A stretch of 64,000 nucleotides of DNA from Asterias rubens (GCF_902459465.1 NC_047062.1:12772001-12836000), one strand, 5' to 3'; positions 1-13,048 are shown, counted from the first letter of the stretch. Notes: generated by a model not told the origin, from the sequence alone. A program made the numbers and translations.

Positions 1-334
1 ATATTTATATCAAAGCTGTGCTATCGTACCCTGCTAGGCCCGATAGTGGATAACAACCCAGTGCATTAATTCTACATTACTGATCATGTGTGTGGACACC
101 TTTCCTATGGTTCTGAGTCGTATTCACTGTTCACAACCCCCAGGGTTATGTACGTAGCCGGTTGCAGCACGGGGCGCGAATCCTCGCTTGTGCCCCACGG
201 GGATATTCGAAATTACTGGTTAGCAGCGCGCTCATTGACTACACGTACCTTGAGGGGTGGGTGGTCGCTTGCGAGTGGCATAATGCATCGAGAATTTGCA
301 TGTGATGCACGAAGGGGGAAGAGCACGAAGGAAT

Positions 335-506
335 GAAGTGGTATGCTGAGAAATTTGAGTACTTCATTTTGCCGTTTATGATTTTCTTTGCTTGCTAGAT
401 CACCCTGAATACAACAAACTGAAGTGGTATGCTGAGAAATTTGAGTACTTCATTTTGCCGTTTATGATTTTCTTTGCTTGCTAGATCACCCTGAATACAA
501 CAAACT
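335..506. repeat. Perfect 86-bp tandem duplication
   Basis: 335-420 is identical to 421-506 (gaagtggtatg...aacaaact). Confidence 0.95.
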
Positions 507-1549
507 CTTCACAAGTAGGCCTACATGGGCGTATGCTTCACTGTATGCATACATATTTAAGCCATTATCTTAAACATCGCTATGTTTTGTTCGGCCACGA
601 TTCAGACTTTGTGTATGTATGGTCACGATTTTGCAAAACCTACAACACGCATCATGGAATAAAAAAGGGCAAGCCTTTTCGCACAAACACACGAAGATAC
701 CATGCTGAAGGCAGTGATTTTGATTTGACTCGCGCTGAAAGACCTATAGGAATATACATTTTGGTGAGGGGAAAACACATTGTTCCATCCGCAGTCGTAG
801 AAACGAACTAATTGGAATTATACGATGTTTTGAGGTATATTATTGGTTTGACTATTTAACTTTCGCAAATGTAATCGGATTTCCATTGGTCCTTGAGTGT
901 TTTAGAACATAATAATTTGTTATCGCCTACTGTCCAGCAAATGCTTTCGAAGTTTGAAAATTTGAACATGAGTATTGTGCCTATGTGTTTGCAACGTCAG
1001 CAAGTAACGTGGATTGTTGATCATAAACGATACTGTGATAATTGATTTGTGTTCGATTCCAAGTGCAGATTTTCTGGGCATACACACTGATATGGAATGA
1101 CAAAAACTACGGGGCTTCAATAATTCCTGGAAATAATTAAGTAAGGATAAATTTTCATGTTCGGGCATCAAACTATATTAAACCGTCCCGATGCGAAACA
1201 TCTAATTACATTTAAATATATGACATTTGAACAATGCAGTGACAGTTGGTTGAATGGTCAGTGCCAATAAGGCATTTATTTGCTTACCAAAAGAAAAAAG
1301 AAAAAAAAGAAAAAAAAGAAAAACATAGTTTGCATCATTTTCGTTAAACCGTGAAATATGGTTAAAAATTTATGAGATCTCGGAATTTGATTGAGGCCTA
1401 AAAAGTTGGCAAAGTCGCATAAAAATCCGGTAAGTTTCGAGCGCAAAACGGTATTTGTATAAAAAACGAAACATGCGTTACAGCATCAGTAATTCAACAA
1501 TAGGCATTCAAAACGATGCCGAACGTGTCCCAATTGACTGCTTGTGCGT

Positions 1550-2004
1550 GCCGGTGTCGCATGCAATTATGTCCTCTATGCAATACTATCCGGAAGACAT
1601 TATTGCACATGCAATAATGTCCACCGGACGGTTTTGCATATGCAATCGTGTCCGCCTGGAAGCTGCTGCATAATGCAATTGTGTCCGCCCGGACACATTT
1701 GCATATGCAGTCTGGTCCGCCCCCGTGCAAAACCGTCCTTGAAATTAAACGCCCTTGGTCGACGGAACACGTTCGCCTTTTTTTTTACAAGCTAAGTGCA
1801 TGGGAAATGTTCGGCCGTTGAGTATTCGCTGCTATCATAAAATACATGAATATTCATACGTAGGTTTAGTGCATGTACAGTCATGTAGTACATGTCCGGT
1901 CCGCCGGACGGTTTATGCATACGCGCCCCGGACACGAATGCATGTGCAAGAGTGTCCGAAGTGGACAGTATTGCATGGCGGACACAATTGCATCTGACAC
2001 CGGC
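1550..2004. mobile_element. MITE-like element with about 45-bp terminal inverted repeats and internal TGCATATGCAAT/GTCCGCCGGAC subrepeats
   Basis: Left end gccggtgtcgcatgcaattatgtcc is the approximate reverse complement of right end ggacacaattgcatctgacaccggc. No TSD resolved. Confidence 0.6.
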
Positions 2005-2100
2005 TATGGCTGGATCACCGCTTCACACCATTGGAATATGTGGGCCGTTTTTGAGCAACACCCTGACAACAATTGCTAGCCCTAGCTTAGATAAAATCCC

Positions 2101-2210
2101 CACTTTAAAAAAAAATTCTGGTCACAATGACACGGATTCCGGGTCAAACTGACCTAGAGCCCCTTGGGACCCACATCCGAGTCAATTCTGACCCGGGAGT
2201 TTTTAGAGTG
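2101..2210. mobile_element. Short CACT-ended MITE
   Basis: cactttaaaaa...tttttagagtg termini, with an internal inverted repeat cgggtcaaa/tgacccg. Confidence 0.5.
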
Positions 2211-2330
2211 TAAACATCGGTTGCCCTTTGCTACCAAATAAGCAACAAAACACTTAGTAAATAAGAATCAAAAATACATCTAATAATCAAATACCTGCAT
2301 ATTTTTTCCTTTAATAGTAACCCAATATAC

Positions 2331-2880
2331 TATTACGAAACACAACCCGGTGTTTCCCTGGCGGGAGACCATACCACACGTACCCGTTCCACTCACTTAC
2401 TCCGCCGAGTAAAGACCGGTCGTGTGGACCGACCAAAAACGTGACCTGGATGAAGTCGTTATTTACTTCATCCATGTCTTATTATGTACGAAATGAAGGA
2501 CTCTCTCGCGAGCACCGGTAACGAGAGTGGCTGGAGGGATAGACTAACTATTTCATGGTGAGTGACGAAGACTTGAGGTGACGAGTTGTCGAAAGGGGAT
2601 GACTAAAATATCTCGTACAGAGCAGTCCATCCAATCCCATAGTTACGGAGCCCAATTCAACACGGAGCTCAATAAATCACACGCGAGATAACAAACTAGT
2701 CCTACTAAAGGACCCAATATAATCCTACGCATCAAAGAGCCCAATAATCCTAATCTTGGAGCCCAATGAACCCACTCCAATCCTCTCAAGGAGCTCCCTC
2801 CAATCGTATTCAGCTCAGGGAGCCCAATCCAACGCCGCACAATGAGCCCAAGGAACCAAATCCGTGACCTCGTACGGGCA
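2331..2880 (-). mobile_element. Solo-LTR-like element with CCAAT-box array
   Basis: About 550 bp and GC-richer than its flanks. Ends resemble degenerate TGTCACG...CGTAACA on the minus strand. Eight CCAAT boxes in 2631-2828. No TSD resolved. Confidence 0.4.
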
Positions 2881-3398
2881 ATGTCTCTGTGTAGAAAATT
2901 ATACTATCCACGGTTTTTAAATTGTGCACTTCTTAAATGTAAAAGCTAGAAAAGAAATTTGATTTCTCGAAGATATCTCCCTCGCATTTTGTACGTTTAC
3001 TTTTATATAAAAAAAGACACCACTCACTGCCCGAATTTGGACATTATATCTCAGTGGGCACGATCGGCTCGATAGCAACCCTCAAGTTACGATCGTGACA
3101 TTTGAATCTAGTTCGATATTACGAGTTCAGCGGGTCGTCTTGCAAGACGCTGCCCCGGCCTCGCGCCCCGCCAGCCCCGGCCTTGTTACATCGGAGAAGG
3201 CTAATAACTTACAGACGACATTTGACCATGGTCAGTCGGCAGACTCCGTTGGTTTGTAATTAGTGCAGCGGCACGGAACGCCAGCAACTCTCGTCTGATA
3301 TTTCATCTTGATTGATAATGTGTATGGCATTTTATTTCGGACAGAGGACATGAAATTGAAATTTTGATGTCTGAAAATGTTTTGTAAAATTCTTTTAA

Positions 3399-3776
3399 AG
3401 ACAATGGACACTATTGGTAATTGTCAAAGACTAGTCTTCTCACTTGGTGTATCTCAACATTTACATAAAATAACAAACCTGCGAAAATTTGAGCTCGATT
3501 GGTCGTCTGAGTTGCGAGATAACTATGAAAGAAAAAAACACCCTTGTCACACGAAGTTGTGTGCTTTCAGATGCTTGACTTCAAGACCTCAAATTCTAAA
3601 CTTGAGGTCTCGAAATCAAATACGTGGAAAATTACTTCTTTCTCGAAAACTACGTCACTTCAGAGGGAGCCATTTCTCACAATGTTTTATACTGTCAACC
3701 TCTCTCCATTACTCGTTACTCGTGAGGTTTTATGCTGATAATTATTTCGAGTAATTACCAATAGTGTCCACTGCCT
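3399..3776. mobile_element. TTAA MITE family A (Kolobok/T2-like), full length
   Basis: ttaa|AGACAATGGACACTATTGGTAATT...AATTACCAATAGTGTCCACTGCCT|tcaa; same roughly 375-bp body as more than 12 other copies in the window. Confidence 0.88.
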
Positions 3777-6649
3777 TCAACAACAATGTAAATGCTCAAT
3801 CATATTGCTCATCACAGGGTCCCATCAAAGTCCAACATGATTTAATTGCAGTTTTCCTCCAAAATAATATTTTCATAAAACACGTTCTTTGAAACCGGAC
3901 AGTTACTTGTGGAAAGCCTAAAGGAAAACGTTGCCTTGATACCCTCTGTGAGAAAACTACCATCTTTGGATGGGCAGCAACTCTAAGGCCGTTCTGCTCC
4001 AACAATAGACCTTTCCATAGTGTTGAAAAACAAACTGCGCAGGTTGGCATCGACCGCCATATGAGTCTGCAAAACTTTCAACTAAATAAAATACCTCCAC
4101 TATGATTGGTTGCAACACATTCCACACGATGTTTGAATATTAATTGTGTAACATTGTTTTAAACAGTATCTATCTGTTTTTGCTTTGCATTTATGGCTTT
4201 CCATTGTTTTACAACCTCGGTTGGCAAAAGCTCGGGATTTGCCGTCCAATATAGACCTAGTAGGTCTATATTGGATAATCAAGACTTTTCCTTTAACAGT
4301 GTGCAAAGGCTTTTTCGTTAACAGTAAGGTGTGGTCGCAGATATTGATGCAGACATGAGCCTGGTGGGGTTCATGTTCACCACCTTCTGCAGTGTTCACG
4401 ATACATACCACCTGAGGGACGGTGACTCGCGCAGAGGGAATTCACCAATTTGCTTTTCGATTTAGCACAAACAACAATATTTTTCGTCAAGACGATGATA
4501 CTTTTTTGAGAAGCAGTAAATTTCTTTCGAAGAAGCAATTATGATGTGTGGGTGACTCATGGGGCATAGGAACAACGCGTGCTCTGGTTTGAAATTTACC
4601 CTAGGCCAACCCGTCTAGCTGAGTCTATACCCAATCTCAAGAAATAGGGCAAGTGTATTGCCAGACAGTGTGAACGATTGATTTTTGGGTAAACTGGGTT
4701 AACAAAGCTATTTATTGCACGAAAGGCCTGAATAGGAGGAAGTTTAGTACCCAATAATTCCATTCATCTCTTTCGAGACGATCACAAAATGAATAAAGAG
4801 TGCTTTAGGAACGGTGGTTGGTAGCAGAGTAGACTAAACTAGCTTGATGTGGACTAAGATGCTAGGTTAGTTTTGTAGACACCCAACCTGTAAATCAATT
4901 TAACAATTCGCAGAGTACAGAGCTCTGGAATAACTATGGTGTATTCCATTAGCATATGATGCTGTTCAAACTGAGATACGATCGGTTCGATCCCCATTTT
5001 ATTATGGCATGAACTAAAAACGGTGTGGTAGGCCTATATGCGAGCACTGACTCCGATATTGAATATCGAATAACAATAGTTGTTAATTTAGGGGAAGGGT
5101 TAAATTATCCCAGATTATGCCTTAAACATTAATCTTGTCGTGGGTTCGAATCCCATCCAAGTATTCTGTGGATTTGATGCATGATTCAAAACAGCATTTA
5201 TCCAAACCACTACTTATTATCCCCGATGCATATTTTCTTACATCAGTTACACACTTGAATCCACAATATTTGTCTCAAATAACCGGGCATTAATTTCGAA
5301 GGAACACTTTCCTTTAGGGTAGACCTGATAATATCATGACCTGATAGTATCACCCACATGGGATGACGAACAAACCTAAACATGGGATGAGAATTAACCT
5401 CTTTCTAACAAATTATACGTTACTTTAGAGGGAGCCGTTTCTCACAATTGTTTTTTTTTCTATTATCAACAGTGATCCACTGCTCGTTACCAAGTAAGTT
5501 TTTATGCTAACAATTGTTTTGAATAATTACCAATAGTGTTTAGTGCATTCAAGTTATAATCCTTAAATCATGGGTATTGCATCGCCATGGGACCATTGCA
5601 CACAGCTGTAAATAAAACGCATCCCGTTGTATTATGCTGATGTTCGGTGCATCGTGTCTTAAGAATTATCGGGTTAATTACCGCGTTTCGTACGACACAG
5701 TTACACGTGACAAAGTACCAGTCATTATGGTTTAACATCAGAATTCAATACATGTAATTTGTACAGATAGTTCCCATGTGGCACACGGTGTTAGGACGGC
5801 CATCTTTACGTGCAATGATTGTTTTAACGCACAACTATGCGTTTTGCATAAATGACGCGTGCGGGAGTTTTTATCAATTCTTTGCACGGCTGGTATTAGC
5901 CGATGTGAACCACCTGGGTCCAATTTCATGGAGCGAAAAGCAGCTAAACACAATCAAATAATGCTTACCAGATAAAAAGTTAACCAGCCTAACCACCATC
6001 ACTGCTTATCAGAAATGTGGCAAGCAATATTTTCTGCTAAAGCAGCTCAATCGTAGCAAGATTAAAACGTATGAATTGACAAAACTCAAAACCAAAATCC
6101 ATTTCAAAACACAAGCTATTCATTAAGATGACCGCCATATTAAGAATTATAACTCTACGGAACTATAAAAGTTGTAGGGCTTCAGTGGACAAACACGCAA
6201 GGACTAGAATGAACACATTATATTTTGTTTCAGTCTGAAATCTCGCTGCGTATAACAATTCCTATTAATGCCAAGCATCAAGAGACAATTTCCCTTCTGA
6301 TTGACATAACTCTTATCACAGGCTGCCAGATGGTTTAGGCCTATTTATTGAAATTTCAAGAATGTATAATTAACTACTACACACCCATTTGAACGTACAA
6401 AATGTAGCACCCTTAATGTAGGCGACAACTATTTCACATGTCTGTCAAGAAAACACACAGTAACTTTACTTGGTAAGGTTAAAGTATTAAAATGGAACCG
6501 TTTTGTAACACAACACGAGCACCATAGACACGAGCTACTATTTGAGTCAATAAAGTTCTTCTTGCAGCATTTCACGAACTGTAGCATACTGACAATAATG
6601 AAAATGCATGGAGTAGCGGTATTTATTGTGGAGCAAACTTTCTTTTTAA

Positions 6650-7169
6650 AGGGACACGTTTTCGTTATAGATAGGGCAAGTTTGTATATGTAAAAAGTGT
6701 TTCTAACCGTTTGTTGTTAAATGCATTATGGTTAGACATAATGTTTCAAAAGTAGAAACACAAATATGCCTCGAAATTGCGCCCTTTTCCTTTTACTTTG
6801 CGAACTAACACGGTCGGCCATTTTGTGGAGTCAAAAATTTGACTCCACAAGATGGCGTTTGTATAGCTTCAACTCGCCCTATCCAAGGCAACGTGTCTCC
6901 CTCTGAAGTAGCGTAGTTTTCGAGAAAGAAGTAATTTTCCACGAATTTCAATTTCGAGACCTCAGATTTAGATTTTGAGGACCCGAAATCAAGCATCTGA
7001 AAGAACACAACTTCGTGTTACAAGGGTATTTGTTCTTCCATTATTATTTCGCATCTTCCAATTGAGTTCAAATTTTCACAGGTTTGTTGTTTTGTGCATA
7101 GGGGCCTATGCTGGGATACACCAAGTGAGGAGACTGGTCTTTGACAATTACCAAAAGCGTCTAGTGTCT
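6650..7169. mobile_element. Chimeric TTAA MITE (family B left part fused to family A right part)
   Basis: ttaa|agggacacg start matches family B at 61103-61865; from about 6897 the sequence switches to family A through its TIR. Confidence 0.7.
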
Positions 7170-8306
7170 TAATAGGTCTAAAAATCAGTAGGCTACATGC
7201 AATTGTAAAAGAAATAGTTTCATGCAGGGCTGCGTGATCATAGCTCGAGGCCTATTTCTTTAAATAAAAATCATGACGAATTATTGGAATGTCGAGGCTC
7301 AGGTTTCAACGAGATATTTTTTAGATTAAATTAATGAGGCTTCTATAATATGCCTGATGCGAAATGTTTGTTATATCATATGTCACTTGGGCGTGGGCTA
7401 TTGCGATATTAGCTAGGCCTAAGGAGTTATCGAGCGCTGCTTAATGGCATGCTTCAGACTTTCGCACTTGACTTAATAAATAAATATATGGCTTTCAAAG
7501 TGAGATTTGCGGCTGAAGATGGTCTACAAATAGGGGCCGGGCTATTATTCGTGTGTGTGAATGAACTGCTTTTTTTATCGCTGAAGTGTCACGAGATTTT
7601 ACGATAACAAGTTTTAGGTCTGCGGGGCTGTATACTGTACTTAAGATCGAAATGTATTGATGCAGTCATCATTTGCCATCATGTATAAGGTATCTTGCTT
7701 TTAGATATAGATTCTGCGAAGTCAGGCCCACCACAAGATCCATAACAAGATTTCCTGAGTTGTGATTGAGATCGTTGTTATTCACGTACTTTAGCCGTTA
7801 ACATGGTGGGCTTTGGTAAAAGCAGTATATAACTTGAATTCCATTAAGTGACATTTTGTCGGAGTACGTTTTAGGTAAACTCAATAGCATGTTATATTAT
7901 GCTTCAACTATGGCTTTGAGATTTGGTTACGTCGCCGTTCACACGAACTGTTAAAATAACCCCCCACCAAAGCAATGTTTGGGGTGATGTGCACACACGA
8001 ACAACATTTTGAGCGTGTGGTGTACATATAGCGGGATTTACTATCTTGCAATTTAATTTATGACATTCTACCGGTTTTTGGTGTTAGCTTTGATATGACA
8101 CTCTGACTCGGAAGGGATTGAACACACACGTACTCACTTCTGGATTCAACCGGGCCAGAGATGACAACAACGCGTTCTATGTTATATAGTGTAACGTCAC
8201 GTCTAATTTATCGAATGCAATCCTTCTGCAATGACAAGCGTTTCCGCAAGAAAAAAAGTATATAGAGATCAATAAGAAGAAGAAGAAAAACAAATGTTGT
8301 CTTTAA

Positions 8307-8396
8307 AGCCAGTGGACACTTTTGGTAAACCCTGTAAATTATTTGTAAATCTGTGAACTTTAAAAAAACAAATTGTTCCTGAAGTGTATAATGGCT
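8307..8396. mobile_element. Internally deleted TTAA MITE family C
   Basis: ttaa|agccagtggacactttt...gaagtgtataatggct|ttaa; ends match the copies at 19608 and 52445. Confidence 0.7.
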
Positions 8397-8534
8397 TTAA
8401 GTGAAAAAAAAAAAAAATCTACCAGGAATTTCTTCCTGGAATTGTTTTTTTTTTTAAAAGCTCTGGATAGAAAAGAGAAGTGTAAACGTCTCGAGGAAGA
8501 GTCTAGGTTTTTGAGATTCAATCATTTCTCGCTT

Positions 8535-8540
8535 TTATTC
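8535..8540 (-). terminator. Candidate polyadenylation signal AATAAA of a long (about 6.8 kb) TMEM63 3' UTR
   Basis: TTTATT on the + strand, followed on the minus strand by U-rich sequence. Region 8540-10400 has UTR-like composition. An alternative AATAAA lies near 14002. Inference only. Confidence 0.3.
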
Positions 8541-10493
8541 ATCATCGTATAATATAGGCAGCAGTACATGAGAAAAATAGCAGTTACAACAATTATATTA
8601 GCATATTGTGTTGTACACTCCAATATACTTACATTAAAAATCATAGCAAAATATACACACAAAATGAATACTCACTAAACAATGTTACAACAGCCTTTAC
8701 AATAGTATTGCACGATAAATCTGTACTATTAAATTGGGAAAAACACATCTAAATACTGTTTAAAATATTCTACCTTTTCCTGTCTATATACATCGATAAT
8801 AAGTAATGACATTCAGAGAGCCTAAAAAGAAAATATCTGGATCCACAATGTCACAACAAAAACAGTCGGCTAAGCTGAATTAATAATATTAATCATATAT
8901 CAAATAATGTGACCTATTAGAATAAAATAAGTTTGATTATCAGCAGATAACCCTCAAACTAATTTAAAGCTAAACATAAAAAGTTCAAGTTCGTACAGTC
9001 ATACATAAACAAGCTATTTTCATGAATATTACTTTATAATGTTGTTAGTGGAGCACTGATATGGTTCGGTGTACATATGTTAGAATCCTAACCGACCACT
9101 GTACCTCTTCGTTGCAGGTCTGGTTCCCTTTTTCATTATATGAAGACAGCTTTCAAAGTAGGGCAGCTTATCAAGTGAAGCAGGCTAATTTCTCATCAGC
9201 AGCTCATTAATTTTGGGCCAGACACCATGCTTTCACATTTTACCATGTATTCATACTGAGGTACAGTTCCCAGGGCGTAATAATATGCAAGTAGGCAGAC
9301 CGTCGGCATATCACATGTAGAGGTCTATTTGTCGGCATTGGTTGCTGGCAAGTGGTTTCATTCCGGTGAACTCAAAAGTACTAGGCCGAGTTCGGGAAAT
9401 AAATACGACTGTGAACGGTAAACGATGAGTCATGTTCGTGAGTCTGGTACTCCCAACACAAGTTATATTTTCATCGAATACCATTTTTCATCACACAGTA
9501 TTGCAGACCAGTTGCACAGCCACAATAATAACATATTTGTTTAATGTTCATTTAAAGATTAACAGTTTGAAAACCCACTGAACACAGCAGATATCTCACG
9601 GTGTTATTTATTATATTAATTAACAATCGCTGAGTCAATGATGAATAAACAAGTGCTTGAGTTTGTCGAATGCAAAATCTGCAAACAGTTACTCAATATT
9701 TATATGTTGTTCATTTTGTGCCTTCGTTACAAAAGTGTATCAAAGATTGTGGCTGTACACAAAGGTGAAATTGAACTGGAATGGAACATACGGTAAGTTG
9801 TTGCAAACGTACTGCTTACCAACCAAACATCTGCAGTGTACCAAGCAAATTCCTTCTCAAAGATAATACATCATATCTGTAGTACATAATATAATATTAT
9901 TAACCTTAATTTGCATTTCACTGTTCATCTTATAAATCCACACAGAGGACCATATCTTAACATTCCTCTTTCTTAAAACTTCTTACAAAACGGAATGAAT
10001 GCAAAGTATTTATCCATGACTTCTCTAAACTATCACAATGATATGAATATAATGTTATAATGATTTCATATGAGGCTTGTGAACTACCACAAGCCCCCAG
10101 AGATTAACCACTGACTTAAGTATCTTGCCAAAACTGGGAATGTTAATCTTCCTTGGCTATGTTTTTATCTTACGATCAAGAATCACCAAACAGTAACCGA
10201 ATAGTTCAGAAAGAGAGAGAGACAGAGACAGTATATAACATTATTAGAGTAAAATTTATCATATAACCTCAAAGTAGTAGACGACAATATAAGCCACAGT
10301 AATTTAATTTGTATGGATATATAAACCCTTTGAAATGGTCTAGACTGTTCCTAATGGCACTATCCATAGGAGTAATGTAGTTCAAGAGACATTATATGAA
10401 AAAAAGATTTCGCAATTTAAATCTCCAGTAGTAGTTTTCCATGTTTCAATATAGTAATCGGATAACCCAACATTTTGGAGTTATATATCTGAA

Positions 10494-10849
10494 GGGCACT
10501 GGACAATATTGGTAATTACTAAACAAATTGTTGGCATAAAACTTACTTGGTAACAAGCAATGGAGAGCTGTTGATAGTATACACAATTTTGAGAGAAGCG
10601 GCTCCCTCTGAAGTAACACAGTTTTTGAAAAAAATAATAAAAGCCTTCCGCTGAAGCCTTTTATTGTGCACCGGAAAGCACACAAAGTAATGCAACAAAG
10701 GTATTTTTTATTTCATTATTCTCTTGGAAATTCGATAACCAATTGAGCCCAAATTTTTACAGAGTTGTTATTTTATTCATAGTGTCACTGTTAGGATACA
10801 GCAAGTGAGAATACTGGTCTTTGACAATTGCCAAACGTGTCCAATGCCT
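10494..10849. mobile_element. TTAA MITE family A, diverged
   Basis: Family A body and TIRs; right TSD ttaa. Confidence 0.8.
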
Positions 10850-11323
10850 TTAACATTAAAATCATTCAACATATTTTGATATCAATCAAAAAAAATCATC
10901 TGATTTGAAATTCGGTATGGAACTGCAACATGGAGGGAGAAGCTACCCACTCTTCAAGTTATATAATTGAGTTTTGAGGTTGAGCATGTGTTTCGTTAGC
11001 TATGGATTCTGTAAATAAGCTGCCACCTCGGAACTCCCAAACTGCCTTCTCACCAGTAAGAAAAGCACAGTGTAGATTTAATCAAAACACAGTGCTTTGT
11101 TTACTTAGGTGTTGGTACCAAGAACGTTGGGTGCAGCCATCTTGGTTTTCAATTTCAATCCCACACCGAAGACTGCAAGGGGAAATTTTTCTGAAAATAA
11201 AATTTCCAATACTGTTCCAGCGGTGACTGCTCTATGTTCTGACACCAGCCCTCTCAAGCCTTTTTGAGGTATGGCGGACGAGATACGCGCGCGTCACACG
11301 CCGCGACTGATGCCACACTCACC

Positions 11324-11623
11324 CATAGATATAGAATAGAATAACTAGATCGGCCGCGCGTACACACGCGGGTTCTGGCATGGGGGCCGCCATGGCCTAT
11401 CTCCCGTGTACATTTTCTGTGCGTTGCTGTCAGCACGTGACTTTTTGCCGTCAGCACGTGACATTTAGCGCGTCAAAGGCCTATCTCCCGTGTGCATTTT
11501 CCGCGCGTCGCCTTTCGAACGTGAAATTTTTACCGCGTCCATGGCGAACAAAAACTTTTTCTACACAGGCAATGGCGCGTATGTACGCGCGGCCGATCTA
11601 GTTATTTTATTTCTATATCTATG
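11324..11623. mobile_element. CpG-rich palindromic MITE
   Basis: About 40-bp TIR: catagatatagaatagaataactagatcggccgcgcgtac / gtacgcgcggccgatctagttattttatttctatatctatg. Confidence 0.75.
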
Positions 11624-12557
11624 CATTCACCATGTTGGTGGTCATTAGGTTTACGTGTAAACGCTGCGTCGCCTAAAATGCGCACTTCACTGAATAACAT
11701 ACGTTCTATTTCTATGGTCAATACGCACAAATTTACCACAACTTTACAGTGTTGTAGCATTGTGTCCGCCATATCTCAAAAAGGCTTATTGTCTGACAAA
11801 CCCTTGGTGATTTACAGGCTAGGATTAGGGTTTAAGAAAATAGTTGACATTTTAATTTCAAGTGTTAGCACTAATTGTTAACTAAGTCTATATACCCCCT
11901 AATTTATATTCTGGTGTTAATTTGACACCAAGTTGATTAAGTCATTACACAATCAACCTAAAACAATTGAAAGAATGGATAACACAGTTATTTACATAGT
12001 TAAGATGAGAACTCATAGTGTGTCTACTATGATGGTTGATTGACTATGCATGGGTGGGAGTTATGTCTAGTACCTAATGGAATGCAGTTCTCAAACTGAA
12101 AGAGCAGTGTCTTGGTATCAGTCTACTTTCTCCCAATCTTGTTAGCACTAAGTTTCAACTTTTAAGTTGAAAATGATGTGATAATAGAGCCCTTTCTACC
12201 ACACTTCAGTACTATATACAAACTTGATTATTGGACGATTTTGTAGTTGAAAAACACTAGTACAATACATTAAGCCCAGTTTCTTTGAATTGTGTTCCTT
12301 TCTGCATAACTCAATGCTTTTCTCAACCCCCCACCCACCCCCGCATAACTCTGTGAAAGTACTGGGTATATATAATTTGTTAAATCCCCCATTAGCTTTA
12401 GTAAAACTAAAACAACACAAATAGTCTGTTATTCCAGAGTACATCTATATACAAATTACTTGACTTTATAAGTAGTTCAGGTGGTGCTGTTAGTAATCAA
12501 AGACTTTTCCAGCCTTGGCTGTGATTGCGAGACATTTTAGTACATCAATGCCACAAT

Positions 12558-13048
12558 TGTTTAAACGCGGTTGAAGCGTAAGACCTTATTATTGTAATAG
12601 TGTAATACCACCTTTGTTTAAACGTGGCTATGTCGTAAGACCTTAATATTGTAATAGTGTAATACCACCTTTGTTTAAACGTGGCTATGTTGTAAGACCT
12701 TAATATTGTAATAGTGTAATAACACCTTTGTTTAAACGTGGCTATGTCGTAAGACCTTAATATTGTAATAGTGTAATACCACCTTTGTTTAAACGTGGCT
12801 ATGTCGTAAGACCTTAATATTGTAATAGTGTAATAACACCTTTGTTTAAACGTGGCTATGTTGTAAGACCTTAATATTGTAATAGTGTAATAACACCTTT
12901 GTTTAAACGTGGCTATGTCGTAAGACCTTAATAATGAATAGTGTAATACCACCTTTGTTTAAAGGCGACTGTGTTGTAAAACCATAGTATTGTAGTATTT
13001 TTTTACCATCTTTGTTTAACCGTGGCTGTGTTGTAAGACCTTAGTATA
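12558..13048. repeat. 57-bp minisatellite, about 8.5 copies
   Basis: Unit taagaccttaatattgtaatagtgtaataccacctttgtttaaacgtggctatgtcg; explains the 19-aa repeat ORF 12545-12952. Confidence 0.95.

Noticed and set aside
2647-2860. CRISPR-like repeat/spacer look of the GGAGCCCAAT motifs
   Set aside because: The motif is only 9-10 bp and degenerate, spacing is irregular, the context is eukaryotic, and there are no cas genes; it is better explained as a CCAAT-box array.
3377-3754. 125-aa ORF and the many similar ORFs ([13 protein letters not shown]..., ...[13 protein letters not shown]...)
   Set aside because: All are chance frames within copies of the non-coding family A MITE; there are no transposase motifs.
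4320-4425. Possible plus-strand exon (GVVADIDADMSLVGFMFTTFCSVHDTYHLRD)
   Set aside because: The acceptor is awkward, no partner exons were found, and I recognise no homology.
12545-12952. 135-aa repetitive ORF
   Set aside because: It is a by-product of the 57-bp minisatellite, with no splice link or codon signal.
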